Shown here piece by piece: positions 20,111 through 29,103 of a DNA stretch of 64,000 nt. The stretch is from Acutalibacteraceae bacterium (lineage in GTDB: Bacteria; Bacillota; Clostridia; Oscillospirales; Acutalibacteraceae): the NCBI GenBank assembly GCA_045589535.1, contig JAZNPE010000048.1, positions 17,237 through 81,236 of the forward strand, written 5' to 3'. Position 1 is the stretch's first letter. Each line of letters begins with the position of its first letter. The notes below the pieces were generated by a model. It was not told the origin of the DNA, did not search any database, and saw nothing but the letters and a program-made list of their open reading frames with translations. Position numbers and translations under genes: made by a program.

Positions 20111-20379
20111 TATTCCAACGCTCCCTGTTCTTTTAACGAATTAATGAATTTTTCAACATCTTCAGCTGCAACAATTTTTTCGACCTCGTAGTTTTCGACA
20201 ATAATTTCAGTCAGTTCTTCAAGCGTAGCACCCTTCTCAAGTACCTTCCATAAAAGCTCTCCGCTTTCGCTTAAAGCAATCATTCCGTGCATCTTTGAAG
20301 TTTGTTCACCAACCGGAACGGCCATTACATATTCACCAATTTTACGGACAATAAAGCCATCCTTAACACGATATACCAT
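20110..20379 (-). CDS. PqqD-family protein (RiPP recognition element-like chaperone)
   Basis: 89 aa from the ATG at 20379, preceded by GGGGGAAAG (the track start at 20391 is a TTG). PqqD-like sequence LSESGELLWKVLEKGATLEELTEIIVENYEV. TAATG overlap with the rSAM gene. Confidence 0.7.
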   Translation of the reverse strand: MVYRVKDGFIVRKIGEYVMAVPVGEQTSKMHGMIALSESGELLWKVLEKGATLEELTEIIVENYEVEKIVAAEDVEKFINSLKEQGALE

Positions 20380-20423
20380 ACTTTCCCCCAAAAAACACTA
20401 CACCTATCTTATTTTACTAATAG

Positions 20424-20452
20424 ATTATAGCATTTTAACGTCATCAAATCAA
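20424..20452 (-). promoter_or_regulatory. sigma-A type promoter of the PqqD/rSAM module
   Basis: On the minus strand: TTGATT, 17 nt spacer, TGcTATAAT (extended -10). Lies about 45 nt upstream of the PqqD start. Confidence 0.55.
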
Positions 20453-20492
20453 TATTTTATTGTAAAAAATAATCGTAAAATTGAACAAATTG

Positions 20493-20530
20493 ACAAAAAT
20501 AAAGTGCATCATTTTCATATGACGCACTTT
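20493..20530 (-). terminator. rho-independent terminator after the ABC exporter
   Basis: Minus strand AAAGTGCGTCAT-atgaaa-ATGATGCACTTT followed by ATTTTTGT, immediately after the stop at 20535. Confidence 0.6.
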
Positions 20531-20534
20531 ATAA

Positions 20535-22265
20535 TTATTTATCTGTCTGTGAAAGACTTCCCTCTTCATCAACCCTGTAAACACGGTCACAATACTGTAG
20601 CATACTCGGTCTGTGAGTTGTTATGACACAGGTCCTGTTCGGATAAGATTTCATAATATTGGCAAGAACTTTTTTCTCTGTTTCAGCATCAAGTGCACTC
20701 GTTGCCTCATCCATAACAAGAACAGGTGAATTTTTAAGAATTGCCCTCGCAATTGAGATTCTCTGAATCTGACCTTCGGAAAAATTGACACCCTTTTCGT
20801 TTATAACCGTATAAATACCCAACGGAAGTTTTTCAATAAAGCTCCACGCTTCAGCTGTTTTCAGAACATCAACCAATTCGTCATCCGTAGCATCAGGATT
20901 AACCATACGCAGGTTATCTGCAATACTTCCCGCAAACACGGCATTCTCCTGCGGAACATAAGAGCAGAATCTGCGTGTACTTGCAGAAATATCGGTTTTT
21001 CTTCCATCCGCTACAGACATCGTCATTCTGCCCTTCTGTGGCTTGACAAGTCCTAAAATCAACCTGAGAATTGTTGTTTTTCCCTCACCCGAAGGGCCCA
21101 CAAGAGCGATGGTTTCACCCGGATTTACATAGAATGAAATGTCTTTTACGACAGGAGTTTTTCCGTCTTTATAGGAGTATGTAAGATTATCACAATTAAG
21201 ATATACACCCTTGTCGTAAGCTAACTGTTCAAGCTCTTCAACTTCAGCAGCATTAGCGGTATCCTCAACATCAAGCTCGGTGATTTCCATAACCCTTCCC
21301 GCAGCTGTTGCAATTGAAATTGAAGTCGGCAGAAGAGAAACAATAGAAGAAAAAGAGGAAGTCAACTGTCCCGAAATCTGAAGAAAGAGTGTCATTGTAC
21401 CGTAAGTTATCGCACCCTGCCAAAGACGCCATACACCCCAACCGTAACAAAGGTAAGAAACTGCAAGTCCGATGACAGAAAGACACATCGTCATAATAAT
21501 CGAAAACTTACCGTGGTCAAGACGCATTTTTCTGTAAATAAAAAGGTAATCCTTGAGCTGATTCACATAACGTTTAGTCACTCCGAAAGCCTTGATTGTC
21601 TGAATATTCTGGATTGATTCAGAATAAAACGAAAGGATTTTTCCGTTCATTTCTCTGCTTTCTTTGTTGTATTTACGCATCATCTTTGCTGAAATCCTTG
21701 AGGTTAAGGCAAGGAAAGGCGCACTCATAAAAGCAAACAAAGCCATTACCGGATCGTAGTATAAAACGACAGCAAGACAACCTACGAACTGTGTCACTCG
21801 GGTAAATACACTCGGAATAAATGAAATAATACTGCTTGAAATGGCTGAAACGTCACCTTCGATTCTGTTAAGAAGGTCACCTGAATGATATTTACTTATG
21901 TCTTCCCAATCGGCATACACAACGTGCTCATACACATTACTGCGGATTTCATTACTTATTTTCGAACCAACCACAGTTGCAACTCTTGATGTCGCAGAAG
22001 AAACCAAAATTTGCAGAAGACCGAGACCTACAGCAAAAACCGCACTTGAAACTATAGTCTTTTCATTGTGTGTAACAACAGAGTCGATAAGATATTTTGA
22101 AGCAACCGTTGAACCGATTCCCATCAACGTACCTATAATTCCGATGACAATATACAAAAAAATCTGAAAGCGATAACCTGAAGCATGCCGAATAAGCCAC
22201 TTCCATTCTTTAATTAAAGAACGGTACAACGTGGCATATTCACCCGGCTTTTTCATAATTATCAC
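20535..22265 (-). CDS. ABC exporter, fused permease/ATPase (MsbA/McjD-like architecture)
   Basis: 576 aa. Six-TM N-terminal half, Walker A GPSGEGKTT, signature FSEGQIQR, Walker B LVMDEATS. No C39 peptidase domain. Confidence 0.8.
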   Translation of the reverse strand: MIIMKKPGEYATLYRSLIKEWKWLIRHASGYRFQIFLYIVIGIIGTLMGIGSTVASKYLIDSVVTHNEKTIVSSAVFAVGLGLLQILVSSATSRVATVVGSKISNEIRSNVYEHVVYADWEDISKYHSGDLLNRIEGDVSAISSSIISFIPSVFTRVTQFVGCLAVVLYYDPVMALFAFMSAPFLALTSRISAKMMRKYNKESREMNGKILSFYSESIQNIQTIKAFGVTKRYVNQLKDYLFIYRKMRLDHGKFSIIMTMCLSVIGLAVSYLCYGWGVWRLWQGAITYGTMTLFLQISGQLTSSFSSIVSLLPTSISIATAAGRVMEITELDVEDTANAAEVEELEQLAYDKGVYLNCDNLTYSYKDGKTPVVKDISFYVNPGETIALVGPSGEGKTTILRLILGLVKPQKGRMTMSVADGRKTDISASTRRFCSYVPQENAVFAGSIADNLRMVNPDATDDELVDVLKTAEAWSFIEKLPLGIYTVINEKGVNFSEGQIQRISIARAILKNSPVLVMDEATSALDAETEKKVLANIMKSYPNRTCVITTHRPSMLQYCDRVYRVDEEGSLSQTDK

Positions 22266-22280
22266 CTCAATTCTTGTGTT

Positions 22281-23756
22281 TTAGTTTTTAGTTTTTGCTT
22301 TTTTCTTATCTGAATAACCGTATTTTGAAGAATAACCGTAGCGGTAAGAATATCTGTTGTAGTATCCGCCGTATCGGTAATATCCGCCGTATCCGCCAAT
22401 TCCTCCGGCAGCACCGTTAAGAACACAACCAAGGAACTCCGCGTCAGTTTCAAGCATTGAGTTGATACCCGCGCGGATAGTCTTCTGAATGACCGCATCT
22501 TCCCTGATTACATAAATAATTGAGTCTACCATCTGTGCAACAATCGTTGCATCCGAAATAATTCCGCACGGAGGGGTATCAACCAACACTAAATCATAGT
22601 CCGCTTTAAGACTCTCCAATTTTTTCTTAATCTCATCCGTACGAAGTATTTTCTGAACACTTTCAGCCTTTGGCTTAAATGTAAGCAAATAAAAGCCGAG
22701 AGAATCAATAAAATCTATCCGGTAATACTTATTATCCTCCACTTTTGTTCTAACAGTTTTGTCTTCACCCAACAGTGTTTGAATTCCGGAATCCCGCAAA
22801 TCCGCATCTACCATCAAAACCTTCTTTTCATTTTTCGCGAAAATTGATGCAAGATTAACCGAGAAAACTGTTTTACCTTCAGACGGAGCAGTACTGGTAA
22901 CCATAATTGTATTTTTATTTTCATCTATCAGGCTTTGAACAGCACCTCGAATCAACCTCAGAGACTCCATAAACTCGTTTCCGACAAGCGGATTGGACAG
23001 AATTATTCTTCGGTCAATCTCTCTTCTGTATTTTTTAAACACAACCTGCGGCAAAACGCCAAGACAGTGTTGATTGAGAACAGTTCGGATATCCTCTTTC
23101 GTTCGGATAGTTTTTCTGAGCAAAGCATACATCACTATCCATAAAACACCGAGAACAAAACCCACAAGAGCTGCCTTTGCAACTGAAGACACCCATACTC
23201 CGGAATTCGAAGGTTTTTCAGCAACTTCCGGTTCACTGATCATTACCAGTTTTGTTCTTCCAATAATATAGTCTGCAACAAAAGAGTAATTATCAATAAC
23301 AGACATCAGTGTATCATATGTCAATTGAGCATCTGTTCCTGTAGATGTGAGTGTAACCATATTGGTTCCCTGAACACAAGTTGCATTGACCGTCGCAGGC
23401 ATACTTTCTACTCCAAGATCGTTACAGACCTTGCTCTGAAGAATTTTATTACTTACTATATGCGGAAAAACCGTTTCCAACTGGTCAGCAGTTTCTCTGT
23501 CATAGTAATATGAATATGCCGCGATACCATTATCACCGGTAAGCACCTGATTCTCTGTGTGAACAGTAAAAGTTGCTGTTGTTTTGTACATAGGAACAAA
23601 ATGAACATAGCTTCTGTAAAACTGTATACCCGACAAAAGAACAGCAAGAGCAAGTGCTACCCAACCGAATTTTTTAATTCCGCGTAACACATCGCTTATC
23701 AGAACACCTATTTCTATGGTCATTTCTTCTTTTTCGTTTTCAATCGTATAGTTCAT
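22281..23756 (-). CDS. fused Wzz chain-length regulator / BY-type tyrosine autokinase, with Tyr-rich tail
   Basis: 491 aa. Two-TM Wzz-like N-terminal half, Walker A TSTAPSEGKT, LVLVDTPP, and C-terminal tail GGYGGYYRYGGYYNRYSYRYGYSSKYGYS. Confidence 0.8.
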   Translation of the reverse strand: MNYTIENEKEEMTIEIGVLISDVLRGIKKFGWVALALAVLLSGIQFYRSYVHFVPMYKTTATFTVHTENQVLTGDNGIAAYSYYYDRETADQLETVFPHIVSNKILQSKVCNDLGVESMPATVNATCVQGTNMVTLTSTGTDAQLTYDTLMSVIDNYSFVADYIIGRTKLVMISEPEVAEKPSNSGVWVSSVAKAALVGFVLGVLWIVMYALLRKTIRTKEDIRTVLNQHCLGVLPQVVFKKYRREIDRRIILSNPLVGNEFMESLRLIRGAVQSLIDENKNTIMVTSTAPSEGKTVFSVNLASIFAKNEKKVLMVDADLRDSGIQTLLGEDKTVRTKVEDNKYYRIDFIDSLGFYLLTFKPKAESVQKILRTDEIKKKLESLKADYDLVLVDTPPCGIISDATIVAQMVDSIIYVIREDAVIQKTIRAGINSMLETDAEFLGCVLNGAAGGIGGYGGYYRYGGYYNRYSYRYGYSSKYGYSDKKKAKTKN

Positions 23757-23766
23757 AATACCAATC

Positions 23767-25281
23767 CTATTCGTTTCGGTTTAAGTTATCCAATGAATTT
23801 TCTGAAAAACCGCCATTATCCTGCGGAACTTCATCGGACACGGATTTACCTGTTTTGGAATAAGCATAATAGTTGCTCTGTCCGTGATAACCGCGTTCGT
23901 CAGCACCCAACTGTCCAAACAAAGTAAACGGTTTATATACGTTGTTAAGTACACAACCTTCGATATTTCCTCCCGCTTCTGTAATATTAAGAATAACTTC
24001 ATTGATATCCTCAACAGGAACACAGTCCGTACGAACAACAAGAACCGACGCATCAGCTACTTCCGCAATCGTTATCGCGTCAGCCGAAACAGAAATCGGC
24101 GGCGTATCAATTATAATAAAATCAGCCTTTTGTTCTATTTGAGTCAAAGCATTTTTAACCACAAGGTTATTGGAAAGAAGATCCGAACTTTCATGTGTTT
24201 TTTTATTGAATGCTATAGTAAGATTGCTCTTTCTGTATCTGTAAAATTTAAAATTTGCAAGTTCAACATCCTTGGATAATACATCTGAAAAATCCGTTTC
24301 AACTTCTTCGTGGAAATCAAAAATCTTGTGAATAGACGGTTTTCTGACATCAAGATCAAGAAGAACAACATTGTATCCTCTGTCCGACAATGCCAAAGAA
24401 ATATTTGCCGCAACCGTTGATTTGCCTTCATTTTCAGCTACACTTGAAATAACAAAAGATTTTTTATTCTGATTCTTATGTAAATATTCAAATTTTGTAC
24501 AGAGCTTTTGATAATCTTCAGTAAAGCGCAGACTTGAATATGCATCATTAATAAGCAACGCTCGTTTCTTTCTCTTGAACCTTTCTTTCTTTGAAAGATG
24601 CGGTCGTTCATGTGACACTGTTCCGATCAGCTTAGAATCGACTTTATCAGAAAAGCCCTTTTCCTCCTTCACTGTTCCTCGTAATAAAGAGAACAGCACT
24701 ACTAATCCGCCTTCAAATAACATCGCCAAAACTATAATCTGTTTTCTGTAAACTGTAAGGCGTGAATTAGACGGCGTCGTAGCCATTGTAGGCTCTGAAA
24801 CAACATCAATAATTGAATCTGTAAACACAGCTTCTGTTACTTCCGGATAAACCTCAAGTATAGATGTAAGCAATTTGAACGCCAGTTCAGGTTCTTCCGC
24901 CCTTACAGCAACATTCAAGAGATTTGTGGATTCGGTCAGACTTGTAGAAATTGTTCCGTCGAATGACTCTAATCCGAGATTTTCTGCGGCCAACTTTTTA
25001 AGTGAATTCTGTTTAAAAACATCTTTGAAAATATTTGCCATTTCTACCGAAGCTGTAAGGCTGCTGAACGCGCCTGTTGTTCCTACTCTTGAACGGACAA
25101 CCAAAACAGCCTTGCTGGTGTAAGTGGGTGTATAAATACTTTTTTCAACAATCTGAATCCCCATCAGAGCTATAAGAGCAATAAGAATGATTGCCCAGAA
25201 GCTGCGAACAATATCCTTTATCAAGCTGTTCCATTCAAAATTAAAACTAATTCCTGAACTGTTCCTTTTCACTCTTATCAC
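23767..25281 (-). CDS. second fused Wzz / BY-kinase-like protein
   Basis: 504 aa. Wzz-like N-terminal half, Walker A SSVAENEGKST, FIIIDTPP, and a shorter Tyr cluster YHGQSNYYAYSK. Confidence 0.75.
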   Translation of the reverse strand: MIRVKRNSSGISFNFEWNSLIKDIVRSFWAIILIALIALMGIQIVEKSIYTPTYTSKAVLVVRSRVGTTGAFSSLTASVEMANIFKDVFKQNSLKKLAAENLGLESFDGTISTSLTESTNLLNVAVRAEEPELAFKLLTSILEVYPEVTEAVFTDSIIDVVSEPTMATTPSNSRLTVYRKQIIVLAMLFEGGLVVLFSLLRGTVKEEKGFSDKVDSKLIGTVSHERPHLSKKERFKRKKRALLINDAYSSLRFTEDYQKLCTKFEYLHKNQNKKSFVISSVAENEGKSTVAANISLALSDRGYNVVLLDLDVRKPSIHKIFDFHEEVETDFSDVLSKDVELANFKFYRYRKSNLTIAFNKKTHESSDLLSNNLVVKNALTQIEQKADFIIIDTPPISVSADAITIAEVADASVLVVRTDCVPVEDINEVILNITEAGGNIEGCVLNNVYKPFTLFGQLGADERGYHGQSNYYAYSKTGKSVSDEVPQDNGGFSENSLDNLNRNE

Positions 25282-26105
25282 TCCTCTACTACAACCGTCA
25301 TAATTGAATGGCCTTCATAGCCGTCTTTGGTTGAAATATAATAATGAACATTATATGTTCCGGCTTCTTCTGAATCAAAGTTTGTAGAAATCAGCAATTG
25401 GATATCTTCCGGTTTCATCAGCACGCCGTTTACTGTAACATCACCAAGATAATCTTCGAACTTAGGTGTTTCGCCCTTCTTTATGTAAATAAGGCTCTTC
25501 TTCAGCTGAATCTGCGGAGCCATTGTTTCATTACCCTCAACATGTACCGTTACATCCAGGTAAATCGTATCACCTTTGCTGTTTGAAACCTGTAAGGAAA
25601 CAGTAAAAACACCCGCAGTATTTCTTATGTAGTCCGTTGTAACAATAGCGACTCTGTCGCTTATATCACCATCTATGCAGTCACGTGCACCGACAGCCCC
25701 TCTGATATCAAGTGCCTCGTCAACGCTGTAAACCAAAGCACGTTTCATATAAAACTCCGGTTTTGTATAGTCAGTATACTTAAGCGTTCTTGTCTTTTTT
25801 ACAACATGCTTGTCCGAGTCAGCAACAGCATAAGTAACCGTACACACACCCGGCTCAATGAACTTGGAAACCGATTCAATACAAACCCAATCTGTAATGT
25901 CACCGTCTTTTTCATCATAGGCAGCAACACCCTGCAAAAGCATTTCTTCTTTATCTTTTACGCTGAGTTCAATAACTTCGCTATCAATGGTAATTTCCGG
26001 AATAGTTGTATCTGTTGTTATTTTTTCAACAACAGAAAAAATAATGAACGCAATTAACATCAATACAAAAAGAGCAAGCGTAAGTCTTCTGAGCAATCTG
26101 ACCAT
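25278..26105 (-). CDS. membrane-anchored protein with repeated Ig-like (DUF5011-like) domains
   Basis: N-terminal TM helix. The pattern A.D..DGDI(T/S)..V recurs about three times. Confidence 0.45.
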   Translation of the reverse strand: MVRLLRRLTLALFVLMLIAFIIFSVVEKITTDTTIPEITIDSEVIELSVKDKEEMLLQGVAAYDEKDGDITDWVCIESVSKFIEPGVCTVTYAVADSDKHVVKKTRTLKYTDYTKPEFYMKRALVYSVDEALDIRGAVGARDCIDGDISDRVAIVTTDYIRNTAGVFTVSLQVSNSKGDTIYLDVTVHVEGNETMAPQIQLKKSLIYIKKGETPKFEDYLGDVTVNGVLMKPEDIQLLISTNFDSEEAGTYNVHYYISTKDGYEGHSIMTVVVEE

Positions 26106-26111
26106 AATTTT

Positions 26112-26837
26112 TCACCGTATTTCTATATTATTTATAACCTTCAAGGGATTTTCCGAGAATAACACATCGGCGTATTCATATGAATACTTTTCGCAAACAA
26201 TTTCATGAGCCTCAGACATATCGGGGGTTCTGGTATACTGACTGTGAGCATCGCTGGCAACAAAATCAGCAAGTTTATTTTTCAATATGTATTCCGAAAC
26301 AATTTTCGGATATCTTCCGAATCCACCGATTATACTGTGAGCATTAAGTTGAATAAAGGCCCCGCATTTTTTCAGTTTCAGAACTGAATCACTGTTTCCG
26401 AAAGCAAATGCATATCTCTCGGGATGAGCAACTATCGGAACGTAGCCATACGAAACCAATTCTTGTACAGCAGCACACGCTTCTGATTCCGAAGTTTTAA
26501 AATCAAATTCAAGCAGAACATATTTTGATCTGTTAAGGGTTATCAGGTCACCTTTTCTTAACTTAGACAAAATATCACCGTAAGAAAAAATTTCCTGACC
26601 CGGATAAATCTTTATATCAATTCCCCGATTTGAAAATTCAGTGTTAAGTGTTTGAATTTTTTCATCAAATGAATCTGTCCAATAGTTTTCAAAAACGCCC
26701 GAAATATTGCAGTGCGGTGTTGCAATTATACCTTTTACACCTGATCTTACAGCAAGTGAAGCCATTTCGACAGAATCAGCTATACCGCCTGAACCATCAT
26801 CAACATACGGTATTATATGACAATGAATATCGTACAT
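26112..26837 (-). CDS. cpsB: CpsB/CapC-type PHP-family protein-tyrosine phosphatase
   Basis: Starts MYDIHCHIIPYVDDGS and contains ATPH and AHPERY motifs. Start set at the ATG at 26837, preceded by AGGTGA. Confidence 0.85.
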   Translation of the reverse strand: MYDIHCHIIPYVDDGSGGIADSVEMASLAVRSGVKGIIATPHCNISGVFENYWTDSFDEKIQTLNTEFSNRGIDIKIYPGQEIFSYGDILSKLRKGDLITLNRSKYVLLEFDFKTSESEACAAVQELVSYGYVPIVAHPERYAFAFGNSDSVLKLKKCGAFIQLNAHSIIGGFGRYPKIVSEYILKNKLADFVASDAHSQYTRTPDMSEAHEIVCEKYSYEYADVLFSENPLKVINNIEIR

Positions 26838-26973
26838 TGTTTCACCTGCCTCACCGATTTTTTTAAAACACAAACACTTCCGCTTATATTTAAATAATTA
26901 TAGCATAATGCGTAAAAAAATACAACAACAAAATATCTATAAAAAAATCCCTGCCCGAGGCAGGGATTGATAA

Positions 26974-27693
26974 TTATCTGGCTTGGTCATCTCCGAGGAG
27001 AAGTTTATAGGTTTCAAGAACACACTTAAGGTCGATTAAGAACGATTGTTTTTCAATGTATTCAACGTCCCATGCGACCTTCTCTTCAGGCTTCAGCTCA
27101 TAACCGCCGTTAATCTGTGCCCATCCTGTAAGACCCGGTTTCACATAAAGTCTGTGTTTGAAGCCGACAATATATGACTCAAATTCGTTGTAAAAGAACT
27201 GGCGTTCCGGACGCGGACCTACAACACTCATATCCCCTTTAAGGATATTCCAAAATTGCGGAATTTCATCCAGGTGCGTTTTTCTGAGAAGTGCACCGAT
27301 CTTCGTTACTCTGTCGTCATCCTTCTTAGCCCACACCGCACCGTCTTTTTCAGCATCGGTAACCATTGTACGAAATTTATAAATGTTAAACTCTGCACCA
27401 TTCTTTCCAAGACGCTTCTGTGAATAAATCACGGGACCTTTTGATGTTACAGCAATACAAAAAGCAATCACAAGCGACGGAATCGAAAAAATAAGGAGAG
27501 CAACTAAAGAGCAAATGATATCGAAAACCCGCTTTCCAAAAAGGAAAAATTTTCCACCATTTACCCTCACCGGTTCTTTCACCACGAACTTTCTCCCATC
27601 GTCAAAATTTTCGACAGATAAATGAGATTTCACAACTTCGTGCTGATTGTCAGAAATAACAATATCAACTTTTTCGTTTACCGTTTTTTTCAT
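26974..27693 (-). CDS. undecaprenyl-phosphate sugar-phosphotransferase (second initiating transferase)
   Basis: Contains KFRTM, LDEIPQFWNILKGDMSVVGPRP and GLTGWAQING. First gene of the locus. Confidence 0.8.
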   Translation of the reverse strand: MKKTVNEKVDIVISDNQHEVVKSHLSVENFDDGRKFVVKEPVRVNGGKFFLFGKRVFDIICSLVALLIFSIPSLVIAFCIAVTSKGPVIYSQKRLGKNGAEFNIYKFRTMVTDAEKDGAVWAKKDDDRVTKIGALLRKTHLDEIPQFWNILKGDMSVVGPRPERQFFYNEFESYIVGFKHRLYVKPGLTGWAQINGGYELKPEEKVAWDVEYIEKQSFLIDLKCVLETYKLLLGDDQAR

Positions 27694-27722
27694 AAAAGCC
27701 CTCTAATGTATAATTCCAAGTA

Positions 27723-27751
27723 ATTATATCACTTAAAAAAGCAATAATCAA
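27723..27751 (-). promoter_or_regulatory. candidate promoter of the EPS locus
   Basis: Minus strand TTGATT, 17 nt spacer, TATAAT, about 30 nt upstream of the AGAGGG RBS. Confidence 0.4.
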
Positions 27752-28071
27752 CCACCAAATTATACAATTTCGTTGCTGTTATTTATAAATCAAAAAGAAA
27801 AACCTCTCATATTTCCAAAACAGAAAAATAAGAAGTTTGTTTTAATTTTAAATTCGATATTTTAAAAACAGACTGTAATCACAATCTGTTTGTTATTTTT
27901 TCAGTATTATTTTTTCAGCATTATTTTTCAGAATTTATGAAACATAATGCACTTACAATGAGCTTAATAATAACCGAAATCGTAAGAACCGTACTCAATA
28001 CATCCGCAACAGTAATCAGTTTTCTGTCTGCTTCTGCCATTTTCAAAAAAGTTTTTGCTGTAAGTGCGGTG

Positions 28072-29103
28072 TTATTTTTCATTATTTCCCCTCCCGTTTG
28101 TCAGAAAAATTCCGTGAGCAATTGAAGGTATACTTTCGCCCTGAAATGGTGAAATTGAGGAAAGCAAGGCGCCTGTTGCCACAACCAGCACTTTTCCGAG
28201 CTTACCGTTTTTCAGCTCATTCAGGATTTTTGTACACAAAACAGTACCGCAACAAGCACAACCGCTTCCTCCTGCATGGACATCCTGCTCATCAAGATAA
28301 TATATCATCAGTCCCGCATCGTTGTGGACGTTTCTTATATTTATTGAAAATTCATTTTCAAGCAGTTCATAGAGCAACCCGGTTCCGACCTTACCGAGAT
28401 CACCTGTAAGAATCAAATCGTAATCCTCGGGTACCGTATTTGTATCTTCAAGAAAATCCGCTATGGTCTGTGCCGCAGCAGGTGCCATCGCCGCACCCAT
28501 ATTGGCAGCATCCGTTACGCCTTTATCAACAATACGGCCGATAATTGCTTTTTCGATTTTGGGATAAACCTCTGTTTTTTCATTACTGACCAAAGCCGAT
28601 GCGGCGCCCGTAACTGTCCATTGAGCCGTCGGAGTGCGCTGACCGCCGTACTCAAGAGGCTGACGGAATTGCTTTTCAGCAGAGCAGAAATGCGATGAGG
28701 TTGAAGAAATTGCCCTTTTGAAAACACCTGAATTCACACCGATAGCGGCGTTGATCATCGAAAGAACAGATGTTGAGCAGGCTCCGTAAACTCCGCTGAA
28801 AGGGATATTATAGTCTCTTATACCGAAGCCTGTACCGCTGCATTGATTGAGAAGGTCACCTGCAAAAATGACATCGACATCTTCATCTTTTACACCTGCT
28901 TTATCAAGAAGTATTCCTATTGCAGTTTTCTGAAGTTCGCTCTCTGCCTGCTCCCAGGTGTCCTTACCGTCGGTTGCATCGGTGATTATCATATCAAAAA
29001 GATTTTCTAACGGACCTTCACTCTCTTTCTGACCTGCTACAGCCGACCATTCAACTACAGACGGCTTGTTTTCAAACTCAATTGTATATCTCCCCTGCCT
29101 CAC
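28072..29103 (-). CDS. spoVAD: stage V sporulation protein AD
   Basis: 343 aa. Thiolase-like SpoVAD sequence with N-terminus ...VVEWSAVAGQKESEGPL. Directly follows spoVAC with a 4-nt overlap. Confidence 0.85.
   Translation of the reverse strand: MRQGRYTIEFENKPSVVEWSAVAGQKESEGPLENLFDMIITDATDGKDTWEQAESELQKTAIGILLDKAGVKDEDVDVIFAGDLLNQCSGTGFGIRDYNIPFSGVYGACSTSVLSMINAAIGVNSGVFKRAISSTSSHFCSAEKQFRQPLEYGGQRTPTAQWTVTGAASALVSNEKTEVYPKIEKAIIGRIVDKGVTDAANMGAAMAPAAAQTIADFLEDTNTVPEDYDLILTGDLGKVGTGLLYELLENEFSINIRNVHNDAGLMIYYLDEQDVHAGGSGCACCGTVLCTKILNELKNGKLGKVLVVATGALLSSISPFQGESIPSIAHGIFLTNGRGNNEK

Noticed and set aside
22262-22498. 78-aa ORF overlapping the 3' end of the BY-kinase gene
   Set aside because: It is an alternative frame of the Tyr-rich tail coding region. 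Its repetitive TAD/TDT sequence is a by-product of the GGY/YRY codon repeats.
27937-28125. 62-aa plus-strand ORF at the spoVAD 3' end
   Set aside because: It is antisense to the spoVAD C-terminus and to the 38-codon ORF. It is hydrophobic only because it mirrors AT-rich sequence, and it has no RBS.
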